A stretch of 64,000 nucleotides of DNA from Amoeboaphelidium protococcarum X5 (GCA_023515725.1 JALDTO010000206.1:640189-704188); one strand, 5' to 3'. Positions 13,509 through 27,079 are shown, counted from the stretch's first letter. Numbers and translations are program-made. Notes: generated by a model from the letters alone, not told the origin.

Positions 13509-14807
13509 TCATTTATTGCCACATGTCAATTTCTTGCCCTTTACAGAGTAGAATACACAACGACCGCCAGTGCGTGCCTTACCAGTCTCAGCACAGAACG
13601 TGCGGCAAATCTCGATTGGTGGTGAGTAGAGATGAAGCGATACAGCCGGCTAATCTTCATTAGGATTCGACACGCGATGAAGACCTAATTTGTCATGCAT
13701 ATACGCCACCTAATTAGTCTTCATAGTGAACTGAGATTTTACATTTAATGAACTAGCGCACAAAGAACTATCGCTGTCATCCTCACCACCATTACCATCG
13801 CAGCCATTACTATCAATATCACCACAGAGTAAGCTCTACGACATTGATTTTTACAATCCAGCGGGCGGCATAACACGTCCCTACGGCCAGTCATATCTGG
13901 TTTCCTGCAATTCTCCGCTCATAACTTTCAGCAGGCAATGACTTCCACTATGATCATGAACAGGGCTAACTTGACGCGGTCCCCAACAGAGAAGTAGAAG
14001 ATTGTATTTGCCATTGCCATCGTCGACAAGATTCCTAGTATATCTGTATGGATCATAGAAGGCGTACTATCGCCAGTCATTATAGTGATGCTCTTTGTTG
14101 ATATTATCATCTTGAGCGGTATCACAGTCATTGATAACATTCACCATACTTGCGTCAAACTTGGACATTATTGCCTGCAACCTACTAATATCCGCATCAT
14201 CCATGTCCATCAGACCAAATTATTTCATTTCATTCCTAATCATCATCACAAGATCATTGAATGTCGCCGGAGTAGGAATCTCATCCTACTTACCTTATAA
14301 CATGCTATCATTCCTGGCAGCAGTATGATCAAAAGCACCAGCAGAATGACGGGGAGGTGAGTGAGCAACAGCAAATCCAGTATTTACAGGAGATAAATGA
14401 CGATCAGCTTCATCATTGAGCTCGCTATCAACCTAAAAGGCATTATTACTTTAATCATTCATAAGCAACTTCTATGTCGGACTCTCATCGCATTGCTACG
14501 AACTAATACGATGATCCATAACGCCATCCGACTCATCAGATTCTGCATCAGTATAGTTTGCCTGTAGATACGGAGCGGGAGTGAGAGATTGACTAGACAT
14601 GACATCACATCCGCTGTCGTCGTGGTAAGAATTTTGCTATTCATCTGCATGAGGAAGATGAAGGTGATTATTACGAGAGGCAGTGGAGGAGTACTTACAG
14701 AGATGCTCCATTCTCGCAGGTGTCGCCTGAATATCGCTAAATGATAGAGGTAGTACTTTCTACTACTTTGGCGAGTCAATCACTTATATTTATCGCAAAC
14801 TATTCAT
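13509..14807 (-). CDS. CDO1: Cysteine dioxygenase type I with a long N-terminal extension, up to 432 aa (start uncertain)
   Basis: [24 protein letters not shown]...[15 protein letters not shown]...LHRVSNP...[10 protein letters not shown] (3-His site, Cys-Tyr cofactor residues). Confidence 0.9.
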
Positions 14808-15399
14808 ACTAATCAGACAGAATGGCTATTTCGTATCTCTTAGGTAAACGTAACTCTTTTACAATATAGCCAAATGTACTACGAGGATAAACAAAATATT
14901 CCCAGACTAATTATTATAGTAAATACTTCAAAAACCTTTTACTTGCTGTAAAAAGATAAAGCCCAAAGAGTCTCTGAATGACGACAAAAATTTACAATGA
15001 TAACTCAGAGGAATGTGAATGTTTAAATATCCAATACAATCGCTACCCAAAATGATGATTGTATTAAAGTGAAGTGCGTGAACAGAGCTTGGGAAAGAAG
15101 AAAACGATTCGGCGGCTGTTGGACTTGAAAGGGCGAAATGATCAACTTTGTCGGCCTTCAAGTTGTCGTGACAGATGGTGGCGACGGGTCTCGTGATTGA
15201 TCAACAAAGTGATTGGCCGGAGATTTAACTCACGTATCATTATAGTTGCTACTAGGCTATGCTTTGATATTAGATGCTAGTGCTAATAGCTGCGATCTAT
15301 CATAAATTATAAAGAGATAGAAGCTGATTATGATATTTAAATGCAATTTATTCATACCATTAATACTATCAATTCATAACATGCAATTAAATCCAGTGA

Positions 15400-17103
15400 T
15401 CAAATGTTCTCCATCAACGATTCCAGGTGAGTTTTCAACTCAACCAATTACCAGCGAAAGTTGTGCAACTACAAGCATTTCTCAATTATTAATTGCAATT
15501 GGTTCACATAAGGCACAAATGTCTCCTTCCACTCAATAGAGGTAAAATCAAAAGGATGAAACTATGGTTCAGCAGGCGCCATTTCCCAATCTAAGTCATC
15601 CTGAGGTGGTACTAATACATCCCGATGCTCAGTAATAACACCCCAGGTAAAGTAATCAGATGTTAGTTAGAGTACCATTGCGCCAAGAAGCCATAAGTCG
15701 TGATTTACGTACACTTTTTCATCCGGTGCTTTATCACGAGCTTCTTTGTCCTTTGGCGAAGAGTTGCCTATTTCACAGGCCAAATCATAATCAATTAACG
15801 TGACAAGATTCTCAGAATACCAGCAAATATTTGGGGCTCTAATGTCGCAATGGCAAAGTTGATGCTTCTCTTGAAGATGCATCAATATGTTTAAAACTTA
15901 CAGTACCACATCCACTAGCTTCTTAAAGTCATGAGGAGGATTTTGATACAAATCGCCACGGTGATAATAGGGCATCTTTAGTACAGCACCATCAAAGACC
16001 CACCCCTAACACAACGAACTGTCACTTAAAATTTTGTTTTTAACAGGAACCAAATTCGCAGTCCATATACTGTATAATTTATAAACGTACCCCTTTTTCT
16101 TATCATCTCCAGAATCCTTATCATCAACCTTTTCAATGTATATAGGATTGTAAAATGATGGACGAGCCACCAACTTGGACGGGTTCACCTGTGAAAATTT
16201 ACGACTCAAGAGATGAGGAGGAATCCAACAATACTAGGCAACTGGTTAATTCAGCTAAGTAACACGTTCCAATAACTAATCATAAACTCCGATAGCCCAC
16301 GTTATCCAGACCGTCAGCCAACGGGCCATTTCTGCGCCTTAGAGACGAACAGATCTTGCGATAATGATTCTGCCACTTCTATAAATGTCGCATAAATCTA
16401 TGCGCAAAATGTAGAGGCTTTTATGAGACATCAGCGGCACATAAACATACCACTCCTCTCCGAATATACTGCTAACATCTTGGCTTGGTAGCATAGGGAA
16501 TACGCGCTACATAAAACCGATGCCATATAGACCGGCTTATCGAGTATACTTATCCAATTACTTCGACAAATCACTTTCCTTCTTAACTTCAACTAGAGGG
16601 CCAACAACCTTGTCAAATCCGATGTAAGAGAGCACAAAATCGGGCTGATTAGTATATGGACAATATATCCTACTCATCATAGGAAAATCCTCCACATCCT
16701 TCTTTTACCCGACAACATTGCGCGGCATCTCTACATTTCCTTTCCACTTATAACTGTTGGGTGTGCTTTTCACAAGTTTAGACGCACACTTAAGCAGCTC
16801 CTTCACATACTACTACGTGTGATTTATCTCATATTTCTCGGGAAGTGGGTCCATTTATGCAATTTAAGCGCGCACCTCCTCAGTATTATCATCAGCTCTC
16901 TATACATCACTATCGCTCTAATAGCTATAATATCTCGTTAAATTATTTTCAGTTCTTAATCGCATTTTTTCTATGTCAATCTAAGCTGCTGCACTGCTTT
17001 CAATACAGGAGCTTCGCGTTGCACTATGACGTACTTGATGCTCTCTGACGTTAACGTAATCCAGATTTCTGTTACGCGCTGCTACACTTTCAAATGAACT
17101 CAT
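15400..17103 (-). CDS. Crinkler-type REase-fold + protein kinase fusion, copy 2 (PD-(D/E)xK motif intact), 567 aa
   Basis: NQPDFVLSYIGFDKVVGPLVEVKKESDLSKQLDKYTRQ; kinase motifs HCDIRAPNI, LIDYDLA. Confidence 0.8.
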
Positions 17104-17394
17104 ATTGATTGATTTAATTATTGTTGTAAGAAAATAGCAGATAGATGTCACGAGAAAGAAGAAAGGATCAAACTGAATTAGGAAATGGCAACCGATGCTT
17201 TGAAACGTGATTGGCCCATCGATTGATTGGCCGGGAAGAAGGAAAGTGGATGGTTGCTTCAGCTTATTAGGACAAGAGTCGTCCAAGAATTAGCCGGAAA
17301 TAATATGTTGTTAATTAGGTTTTAAGGAATTATAGCACGGTAGCGCGAAAGATCCAGTCCTTGTAGCGAACGACTTTTGTTTCAATTTACAATA

Positions 17395-17655
17395 AGCTAG
17401 TTTAAGGCCCTGCTTAAAAGAGAACCAAATGATACAAGTACTTCAGTGCCTGCGTTCAGAATTGAGAAAAATATTTTGATAGGTGTTATTTTATATCAAT
17501 TTTATTTTATGCAAGCTTAACTTTGTCAATGCTTTTGATTCAAAATCTGTATTCTGTCATCTTTCTACCTTGCATTATTAAGATAGTTTTAGGCCAGGCC
17601 TAAATGCGAACCAAAGGATACAAGTAATTCAGTGCGCAGGCACTGAATTAGAAAA
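17395..17655. repeat. Two imperfect ~80-bp direct repeats containing hairpins (17395-17470 and 17580-17655)
   Basis: tagttt(a/t)aggcc...taaa..gaaccaaa.gatacaagta.ttcagtgc in both units; perfect 11-bp stem TAATTCAGTGC-gcag-GCACTGAATTA at 17625-17650. Confidence 0.75.
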
Positions 17656-18435
17656 GAGTTTTAAGAGAGACGTCTTTAGTATATCAGCTAACGTTCGTGC
17701 TATTAATATTTGCTATCGCTTTTAATGTCAAAGCTCTCCTGCCTATTCAGCTGTGTGATGATACAACATTTCTAACGCATACATTTAAGTTAGCGTTGAG
17801 ACTACAACGGCGATATAGAATGATGACCTGTAATTAGTATTTATCCACCGAAGTCTTGAATCAACAACCAATGACAGGAGCTTTTTGTCAAAGTCTGATT
17901 GCTTATAGTGTTGTCCTCGCAAAATCTATTAACGTGTCTTGCCTTATCATACTCATGAGAGCTAACGCACTTAAAGCCGCCTTTAGCCATACCAACTAAC
18001 AATTACTTAAACGCAGAGACTAAGGATGCACATATATACTTGACCACTTGCCTACAGAATTTAGAGGTAGTCTTCTCTTACAACACGTTGTTCCAAGTAC
18101 TTTACGATTTCATAACTGAATAACATTCCCAGGGATTACCTGATTAGTCAAAAAAATTCAGTACCTGCTATCCAACACTGTTTAAAAATACCTAGTCTCA
18201 ACACTCCGTGGCAGAAATCAAGCTCTACTTCTGAATTGATTGTTAATCATCCACAATCTTCATATGCATTTTTTGTTACAGAAACGATTATCTCTTCTTA
18301 ACCCAATTAAACTTCAACGCGTTCTTGATGTTCCATAGCAGAATGAGAAGAGGGACCATAAGTAATATTCTGATTCATCGTTGATATTTCAGGACGTGTG
18401 GACGTATTTGGGCTTTAATCATCCATATTCTCCAT
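17526..18435 (-). pseudogene. Disrupted orphan reading frame
   Basis: ATG at 18435 (MENMDDQSPNTSTRPE...) gives protein-like sequence, interrupted by a TGA near 18248 and a frameshift in a T-run near 18150; no recognisable family. Confidence 0.3.
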
Positions 18436-18799
18436 GTATTTTAGAGTGCAGAAGAGAAGGACGCGTAGAGCTCAATCAGTGTGAAACAGTGAAAAACTGC
18501 GTGAGAAAAGTGAATCCGCCTTGTGGCCAAACTAAAGAAGCTATTTAAAATCTGAAAAAAGAATTGTAATCTACGCGTCGAATTAGCCAAGAATGCTTAT
18601 TTTTAGATAGATTGAACGTCTGGGGAAAAAGTTTTTTTTTGATGACGAACAGAATTTCCGGAAACTCTCAACCTAGGATTTGAAACGAATCGCCCAAAGA
18701 GGAAATGCAATGAAACCGACTGGTTTAATAACGAACTCCAATTCCATTTGCGTTGCTCACCTTGATTAAGGATTACAACATCACAATATATACTGAATA

Positions 18800-20821
18800 A
18801 TAAAGAAATAGAAGATGGTTTTGATAATTAAATGCAATTTATTCATACCATTAATACAGTCGATTCATTACGAGCAATTAAAATCTAATGATCAATTGTT
18901 CTCCAGCAAAGTTTCCAGGTGAGTTTTCAACTCAACCAATTACCAGCGAAAGTTGTGCAACTACAAGCATTTCTCAATTATGAATTGCAATTGGTTCACA
19001 TAAGGCACAAATGTCTCCTTCCATCCAATAGAGGTAAAATCAAATGGATGAAACTATGGTTCAGATGGGGCCCTATCCTGATTCTGGCCTTATTATTGCT
19101 TCCAGTATTTATATTACCTTACTAATTCATCTCGATGTCTAGTAATCACGCGCCAGGTAAAGTTCTCGCAAGTAAGCTAAAGTATCATAACGCCAAGAAG
19201 CCATAAGTCGTGATTTACGTACACGAACTATTCAGGAGCATTATCACGAGCTTCTCTGTCCTTAGGCGAGGCGGAGCCTATTCTAGTAGCCAAATCATAA
19301 TCGATTAACGTAACAGAATTCTCAGAATACCAGCAAATATTTGGGGCTCTAATGTCGCAATGGCAGAGTTGGTGCTTCTCTTGAAGATGCGTCAATACAT
19401 TTACAACTTATATTACCACGTCCACTAACTTCTTAAAGTCAAGAGGAGGATTTTGATACAAATCTCCGCGGTGATAGTAAGGCATTTTCAAGACATTCTC
19501 ACTTTACACCCAGCCCTGACAAAGCGTCTTATCATTAATAATTTTAGAATTAACAAAAGTCGCATTCGCAGTCCATGTACTATATAATTTATAGACGTAT
19601 CCATTTATATCACCATCCTTATCATCATCCAGTTCAATATATATAGGATTGTAGAATGATGGACGAGCCACCAACTTAGACGGGTTCACCTGTGGGAACT
19701 CACGACATAAGAGATGAGGCGGAATCCAGCAATACTAGGCAACTGGTTAATTCAGCAAATTTACCCGTTCCAATAACTGATCATAAACTCCGATGGCCCA
19801 CGATATCCAGACCGTCAGCCAACGGGCCATTTACGCGCCTTAGAGAGGATCAGACCTAAATATGATGATTTTGCCACTGCTATAAATGTCGCATAAATCT
19901 ATGCGCAAAATGTAGAGGCTTTTATGAGACATCAGCGGCACATAAACATACCACTCCTCTCCAAATATGCTACTGACATCCTGGCTTGGTAGCATAGGAA
20001 AAACGCGCTACAGAAAGCCGATACCATTCAGCCCAGCTTGCAGAGTATACTAATCCAGCTTCTTGGACAATTCACAATCCGGCTTATATTAGGCTAGAGG
20101 ACCGACAACTGATTCAGCCCCAGCTCTTGATAGCATAAAGTTAAAGATGCTTGAACGAGGCCAATATATCCTACTCATCATATAGCTGTCTTGCACATTC
20201 TACTTTTAGTGCCCGGCATAACTCGGTGGCATCTCCACGTTATACTTCCACTCATAACTGTTAGGCGTTACTTGAACTTGATCAGTCGCGTATTGTAGCA
20301 ATTATTTCACATGCTCCCACGTGCTATTCCCATCCGAGTCTAAAGGAAGTTGGTCGAAATCCATCAATTTTACGCGCACCAGCTCAGCAATCTAACTGAT
20401 TCTCTTACTGTCAATATCGCTCGAGTATCTCAATAGATGCTTTTCACCACTTAATATCAGATCAACACAGAGGACCATTGCAGCTGCAACACCGCTACCA
20501 ACACATGAGCTTCCAGATGCACTTTGATATCCTGCATGCTCTCTAGCATTTGGATAATCAAAGCTAAAGTCACCCCCGGATACAACAATATCAGACTCTT
20601 TACTCATCTTGATTGCTATAACTATAATAAATCTTCAGCGAGCTTTTTTATATCAACGATAATGCAGTAATAAAATTCAGCCAAAGCGTCTAAAGCGTAA
20701 TGTGAACCGTGATTGGATAACACTCTGATTGGGAGCGTGATTGATATTGACTGCAATGCTTCTGTAATAGAGTGAGAAGAGTCATTTCTGCAGCGGGCAG
20801 ATGTAGATTGTCATGAATTCA
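18800..20821. repeat. Right arm of the inverted duplication (partner 11166-13203)
   Basis: See left arm. Confidence 0.9.
18892..20607 (-). CDS. Crinkler-type REase-fold + protein kinase fusion, copy 3 (nuclease motif degenerate), 571 aa
   Basis: N-terminus nearly identical to copy 1 (MSKESDIVVS...); FNFMLS...GPLAQYKP; HCDIRAPNI, LIDYDLA. Confidence 0.8.
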
Positions 20822-21049
20822 TGTATAGATAACTTCGGTACGGTAGTAAGAATGGTCAGATTCTGGTCGCAAGCAGTATTCTAATTACAGTTTCAAAGTT
20901 TTGGTGCAGGGCGGCTCAACTACGACGGAGCGATATCTAATCACGTTCTACAGAGGATACATATTTTAAAATAAATCTTTTTTATAAAGCCTAAAGTTTA
21001 TTTAGTAAATAGCAAAATGTGTATATCTTTTCATCATAGCAACACCTAT

Positions 21050-22273
21050 TCATCGGCGGTGAGTTTTCAACTCATCTTGCAGTTTATAACACAATTCCAG
21101 CTAACTTACCGTCTGAACCATGTAAGGTCTTTATCTTCTCAGAGAAGTGACGATATCTAAAATGACGTCTTTATGACAATCTTCCTTGTAAATTATTCCG
21201 TTGTTAATGGCGAACTAATCTTGGTCAGTATCCGACCTATTACTTACATCAATCTGATCTACATCAATACTCTCATGATGTTACGCATCATAGCCGCTAC
21301 TTCGTATAAGAGATAAATAATAAGAGATAGCAATAAAAGTGCCGGTGCGTCCACATCCGGCGCTACAGTGTACTACAACTGGAGATGATAAATGAGAGCT
21401 AGTTTGGCACAGTTCAGTTACTTTGTCATGTAACTATATAAGAGCTTAAGTATCGGAGGGAACTGAATGATCAGGCCAGCCGGTATATTGCAACTAATAG
21501 ACGCTTCTGTCAGGTTGACCAGGCGAGGAGAGTATAAATCGACGTAGTATACAGTCATTGGCAATAGAGTTGATGCCTAGAGACGGAGATGGTTTATTAT
21601 GAGCAGCAGACGCGTGTTCTGAGTGTAAGCGGACACTGACAGATTTCAATGAGCTCCTATTTCCCGAGCACGTACAACTACCAGTATCATTACCGGTAGT
21701 CTTATCTTCACAGTCGAAAGTCAAAACTGTATCCAGAGAATGCGGCCAATATCGCCAACACTTTTGCATATCACCATCTGTGAGGCCGGTCAGCATTAAA
21801 ATAACACCAACACGTTCGCGATAGATCATTCGCCAGAAATCATGCACGGTATTCTACTTTGGTCCCTGTGTGGCGATATAGTGACCTGTGGTGACTCGGT
21901 TGCTAAGGGAGGCGCCGTCGATCATTGCAGCGTCAAACGGATAATTGATATACGAAGCATTTATGTAGTTATTAGGAAGCCCACAATCGACATAATTGCC
22001 ATCATACGGGAGCACATCCGAGTATCGGTTCAGCTAGTGATTAGTCCTGGCAACGCTGTGATTATAAAATTTCATCGGCAAATCTTAAGGGCTTCTACCA
22101 GCCGATCTTCCAGCGGCCTGCAGCTCAAATTAGATACCATTCAACATCTACACAAACCGGATGAATAGGAGTCAATAAAACACTCAGATTAAGAATAAAC
22201 TAAATTAATAGCGCAAATGTTTTACTTTAAACTTTCGAGCGTAAAATGATGACGCTGATGACGGAGTGCCCAT
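21050..22273 (-). CDS. Classical protein tyrosine phosphatase; probable 78-nt intron 22148-22225 (otherwise start at ATG 22147)
   Basis: [64 protein letters not shown]. Confidence 0.92.
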
Positions 22274-22511
22274 GACGTAGTGCTTTTGAAATCGACGGCG
22301 ATTCGAGAAATGTTTCCGCAGAGAGAAAACACAAAAGGGGCGCGCAATTTGGCCGGTTTTTAGATTTCGGACAATTTGAAGTAACCCTCTTACATGTTTG
22401 AATTGATGCAACAGAATTAGAAGAAAGATTGGACAAAATTACAAACAGTATTACTGGATAGCTCCCTATTCATTTATATCCTTGAACAACTTTCACATTT
22501 TTGTAAATTAT

Positions 22512-24473
22512 TCACATAGCCTTCACGCGCGCCTTGTCACTGTTATTCCCGCCGCCAAATAGTGACGACTTTAAACTTTTAAATATGCCTTTACCCTCCT
22601 GCTTCACCTTCTTATGTTAGCCTGCAGAATTAGCAGAGGGTACCGAGACTTGAACACTCTCTCCGGAAGTTGCAGTACTCCCGTGAACTTTGTACGGATT
22701 AACGAGCGTCGGAAGGCTAACAAAATCGTCACCAAACTTTTAGATTAGAGCTACATCAATCGCCAACACAGCGAACCATAGCATCAGATTTACTTGATAC
22801 CCAAACAGAGATGATAATAACATTGCAATAGATATAACCAATAGTACAGAGAGCGCATAGAATACCAGTGATGCCGGCTTCACTAGACGATGTGCAACAG
22901 TGTCCAAATCAATAGACGTCAGAAGATCAAGAGTATCCTATCTGGCTGCATCGAAAAAGTTATTCTTCACGTAGCGAGCAATAGAATTACCCAAATCATT
23001 CACAGCTCCCTACCAACTTCTCTTCCCCGTACGCGTGAAATCAGTCTTAAGAGCAGGAGTGCCACTATACATTATAGAGATGACGTCCGCATGATCAGCC
23101 CACATGTGTCTGTACAGAGACATAAACTCGGGCAATGCAACTTAAATCTACGCAGAGCCGTCCAACAATGACAACTATCGCAGCCAATCTGTCAGTAATA
23201 GCTTAGAGACCTCACTCTGCACCACATTAGTTCTATCAAGACAATCTATACAGTTAGTCCTGACAACACCATTCTACATTCTCAACACCTGGCCACTCTT
23301 CCGGGAGAAGTAGCCAATATTCCTAATCTCGGCAGCATACTTTTCAAAAAGCTTTGCAATATTACCCCACTGCATATTCTTACATTCGTGATGGAAATCG
23401 AAATGCGTATACTTGAACTGTTCATCCTTCATAAGCTCAACCTGATTCTTAAACTCTTTGGCCAGCACAAACTCTTTTCCCTTGGAATTAACCAGATTGA
23501 ACAAGAGCAAATCTCCACTCTCATTTATAGCGTATTACTTCTTCAAATCTATCAAATGTTTACGTATAGCAGCAGAAGCATCAGCTACAATTTCCATAGA
23601 TGGAGCATACTTTACATTGATCTTCTAATGCCAAAAGAGAGGAATTGATCCTCTAATCTAGACAAAAGAAAACACATGAGACTTGTCATTAGTCCATAGA
23701 ATCTATTCAGTCTCTACGAAATTGGACACATTACCATCCTGATCAATACCACGACTAAAGTATCTGGTACCCATTCTGGAGACTCCTCTCCGGGACAGCA
23801 GCGTGAGGTTCACCACACGATCTCCACCAAGCGTAATCTAAATGTTCTAAACAAATCCGCTCAGCAGAGGCAATATGAACTTTGACAGATCCTAATCCTT
23901 CTACCCACTCTGAGTGATACCAATCAATTTGGTACACAGACGACGGTTAAAGAAGAATCTAGAATCAAACTACTTCCAAAGATGCTCCATCTTGCCATAC
24001 GATTTATCCAGTGGCCTCTCAACAGACTGCACAGATCTCGAGAGGTCACGATCATAGCTGTAATAGAAATGATCTTGGGCAAACAAATGTTCAATCTATC
24101 TAATCTAATTATACTCCACCTGACTGGTAACAGCTACTTGACCCACTCTGTTCAACTTATTAAACGGCAATAACTTGACTTGCTTCACTCGCCACACTTC
24201 ACCCAGGTAGTGCTGAGAGTTGAGCACCTTTTCTCGCTCACTCACCACCATTAGGTACTCATTCAACCACAGAGTGATGGTTCCAATAATACCAAAGATT
24301 ACCATCACTGTCTCTTGCTGAGTAGTAGGCACAGCAGGAACATTTCTTCTAATAGCACCCGACGATCTAGTGATGTACAGATTCTCACTCAACACCGAGG
24401 GATCCATGTACGATGGCTCAATGATGAAATTCTCATCAGATATGTACAATCTCAAAGACTCATGCACCTTCAT
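22512..24473 (-). CDS. SAC1: Phosphoinositide phosphatase Sac1, 653 aa
   Basis: RGIDQDGNVSNFVETEQI, FVQIRGSIP, catalytic RTNCIDCLDRTNVVQ, YSGTPALKTDFTRTGKR, two C-terminal hydrophobic segments. Confidence 0.95.
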
Positions 24474-25109
24474 ACTCTATACTCTTACGTTGCAAGCAGT
24501 TAGTTGATGAATTAAAAGACAATGTATAAACTAGTATTGAGACAGGGAGTGCGTTTACAACTGTTTCGGCGGTGACTGAAAAGTTTGGAGAAAGACGAAT
24601 AAGACCGCGCCCACAGAGCGACAGAGATAGTCGGTGAAAGGGAAGTAAGCTCACTGTTGAGAACTGCCCTAGTAGCTATCGTAATTTTCACTGCACAGAT
24701 ACTCCAGTAAAGTCCACAGTACAGTATGTGCTGGTAATGCCTTTTGCTAGTACGTGAAATTAGACCGAGTGCATACTAAACGTTTCTCTACTGATTTATT
24801 TCATTTACTTTCGAAAGAGTAAGATAATGAGTGAATGTTTAGATTCACCGTTTTAGTAATAGATGGGGACTTTGAAGGATACGTGTAAATTGGCTGTGAG
24901 CACTGTCGGGTGGGCCCATTTGACAGCTTAAAACTGCGTGTGAAACCGTCCGTCGCAGGTTCAAGAGCAAGCGAATGATTCGCTGCTTGACGCGCATTGT
25001 CGCCACAATTTACCACGATGGCGCCATCACTAATCCCGTATTTCTCTGTCTATTTACACATTTGTGACAGTTCAAACTTGTTAGAATCAATCTTCCTGAG
25101 GAGTGTAAT

Positions 25110-25760
25110 ATGAATCTAAGCCCATAATTCAGTGGTCATTTTATAGGTCCTGCTGATGCTCCTCATTCCATTCAAGTCTTTTTGGATTACGCGTGTCCAT
25201 TCTCCAAGCGTATGTATTAGATGCTGACCAAGAATGTGATTCCAAAATGGAATGCTGAACATGGCGATGATCTCAAGATAAAGCTAGTGTTTAGTAATCA
25301 GGTACAGCCATGGCATCCTTAGTCCACCTTCCTGCATGAAGTCTCCCTGATTCCAGAACTGATTGGCTACCCTGAAGGATTCAAATCAGTGTCTGATGCT
25401 CTGTTTGAACACTATGATGATTTCACTGATGCTCAGACGTATGACATGTCGCGTCAGTAGATTTATGATAAGCTGTTAAAGACTGTTGTTGAACCATCTT
25501 TACGTGAACATTTAGCTGGTAAGTAGTAGAAGGATGATAATGCACTGGACTATTTAGGTGACTATGTAAAATTTGATAAAGCACTGAGTGGAAACAAGTG
25601 CACTCTGGCACTCAAGTATCATTTGAAGATTGCAAGATAGCTGAGTGTTCACGTTACGCCATCAGTGTACATTGATGGAATATTCGATTCAACGGTGTAG
25701 AGTTCTTATCAATGCTCCGAGTGGGAAGAGTTGTTGACCAAGAAATTCTAAAAGTTCTGA
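25110..25760 (+). CDS. DsbA-like thioredoxin-fold protein, 216 aa
   Basis: IQVFLDYACPFSKR, QVQPWHPQS, LSVHVTPSVYIDG. Confidence 0.85.
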
Positions 25761-25888
25761 TTAGCTCTATGAGGTGTTAAATGGCTAGAACAATTGCAAT
25801 AAAATTCAATGTCTTTAATTAATAAAAGTTAAACTCGACTAGTGTTATTTAATCACAATAGCTGTCAACAAAATTCAATACATTACGA

Positions 25889-27079
25889 TCACTTTGCAGT
25901 GGACTTCTTTCTACCTATTCCACCAGCGGTATTGCCACTGTGAGCACTAGTCTAGTCAGAGTCATTGGCAACTTCCAACTGTTCAACTTCAGCCAGCAAT
26001 TGCTTGAGCGCGGCATGTTCAGACTCCAGATTCTTCATCAGCCTGTCTCTCTCACTGACCAACTTGGCTTCCCACTATCTAAATCTCACCTCCTCAATCT
26101 GCACCTTCTACGCCAGACGAGCTCTAAACTTCTCATCCTCGTGCTTCAGATGGTTCTCAAATTGGTCTCTATTGATGGAGCCATCAGAATCAGAGAATCG
26201 ATTCTAACGATAGTTCTCATAGTGAATGTCATGCGTCGTCTCAATCAAATCATTCATATGAGCACGAATGAGCAGAGTACGCAGTTTCTTAAAGTCGCAG
26301 TGCTCCTCATTCTCAACCTCCACCAAGCCCCATGGATACTTGCGCCCAATAACCTTGCGCCCGTCGTTGGTGGTAACTTCCGAACCACCAATAACTCCAA
26401 AAGGCATTGCACTCAGCACTGATATATTTCTCTTTTTCGAATCTTCATCATCGGTATCGAGAGGACATGCATAGACTTGAATGTTATAGTGTGCAATACA
26501 CTACCTCACATTATCTTTCAGTTGCATGAGAGCTGAGGAGGACAAAGTATCAGCCTTGGCAATCACTGGAATGATATTGACAAGAGGACACAGAGCAGTA
26601 AGAGCCCGGATATCAAGAGGACGTAGAGTGGGATAGTGTGGAGAGATGAAATAGACCAGAGCATGAACTCTCAAATCCACAATAGCTTTGCTGCGATTAG
26701 GTTTACTCTCCTATCTCAAGTAGAATTCATGCTGATTCTACAGAAATTTCATAATCGGAACATAGCCTTCAGTGTTATCGACAAAATCACCAAAACCTTG
26801 CGCATCAATCACCGTCAAGTCCACTCTAAAGTTCTTCTCCTCCACCTGAGCTCTTATGAGATTCATCTTGACACCCGATTCCGTGCTTTCAAATCTCTAG
26901 TCATATTTCTTGCCCTCAAGCAGAGAGGAGGTGAACAATGTGTTGACAAACGTAGTCTTTCCCAAACCACTCTCACCCACAACCATGATGGTGTACTTGC
27001 CACCCTTCTTGCTGACAATCTTATGAAGCTAGTTTGGTAAATTGGCAATCCCCACAGAATTGAACATTGGTGCAGGCAT
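25889..27079 (-). CDS. CDC12: Septin, Cdc12-type, 396 aa
   Basis: GIANLPNQLHKIVSKKG...MVVGESGLGKTTFVNTLF, NIIPVIAKAD, GRKYPWG, HCDFKKLR, C-terminal coiled coil. Confidence 0.88.

Noticed and set aside
18240-18255. In-frame TGA as selenocysteine or readthrough
   Set aside because: A frameshift follows about 100 nt later, so decay is the simpler explanation
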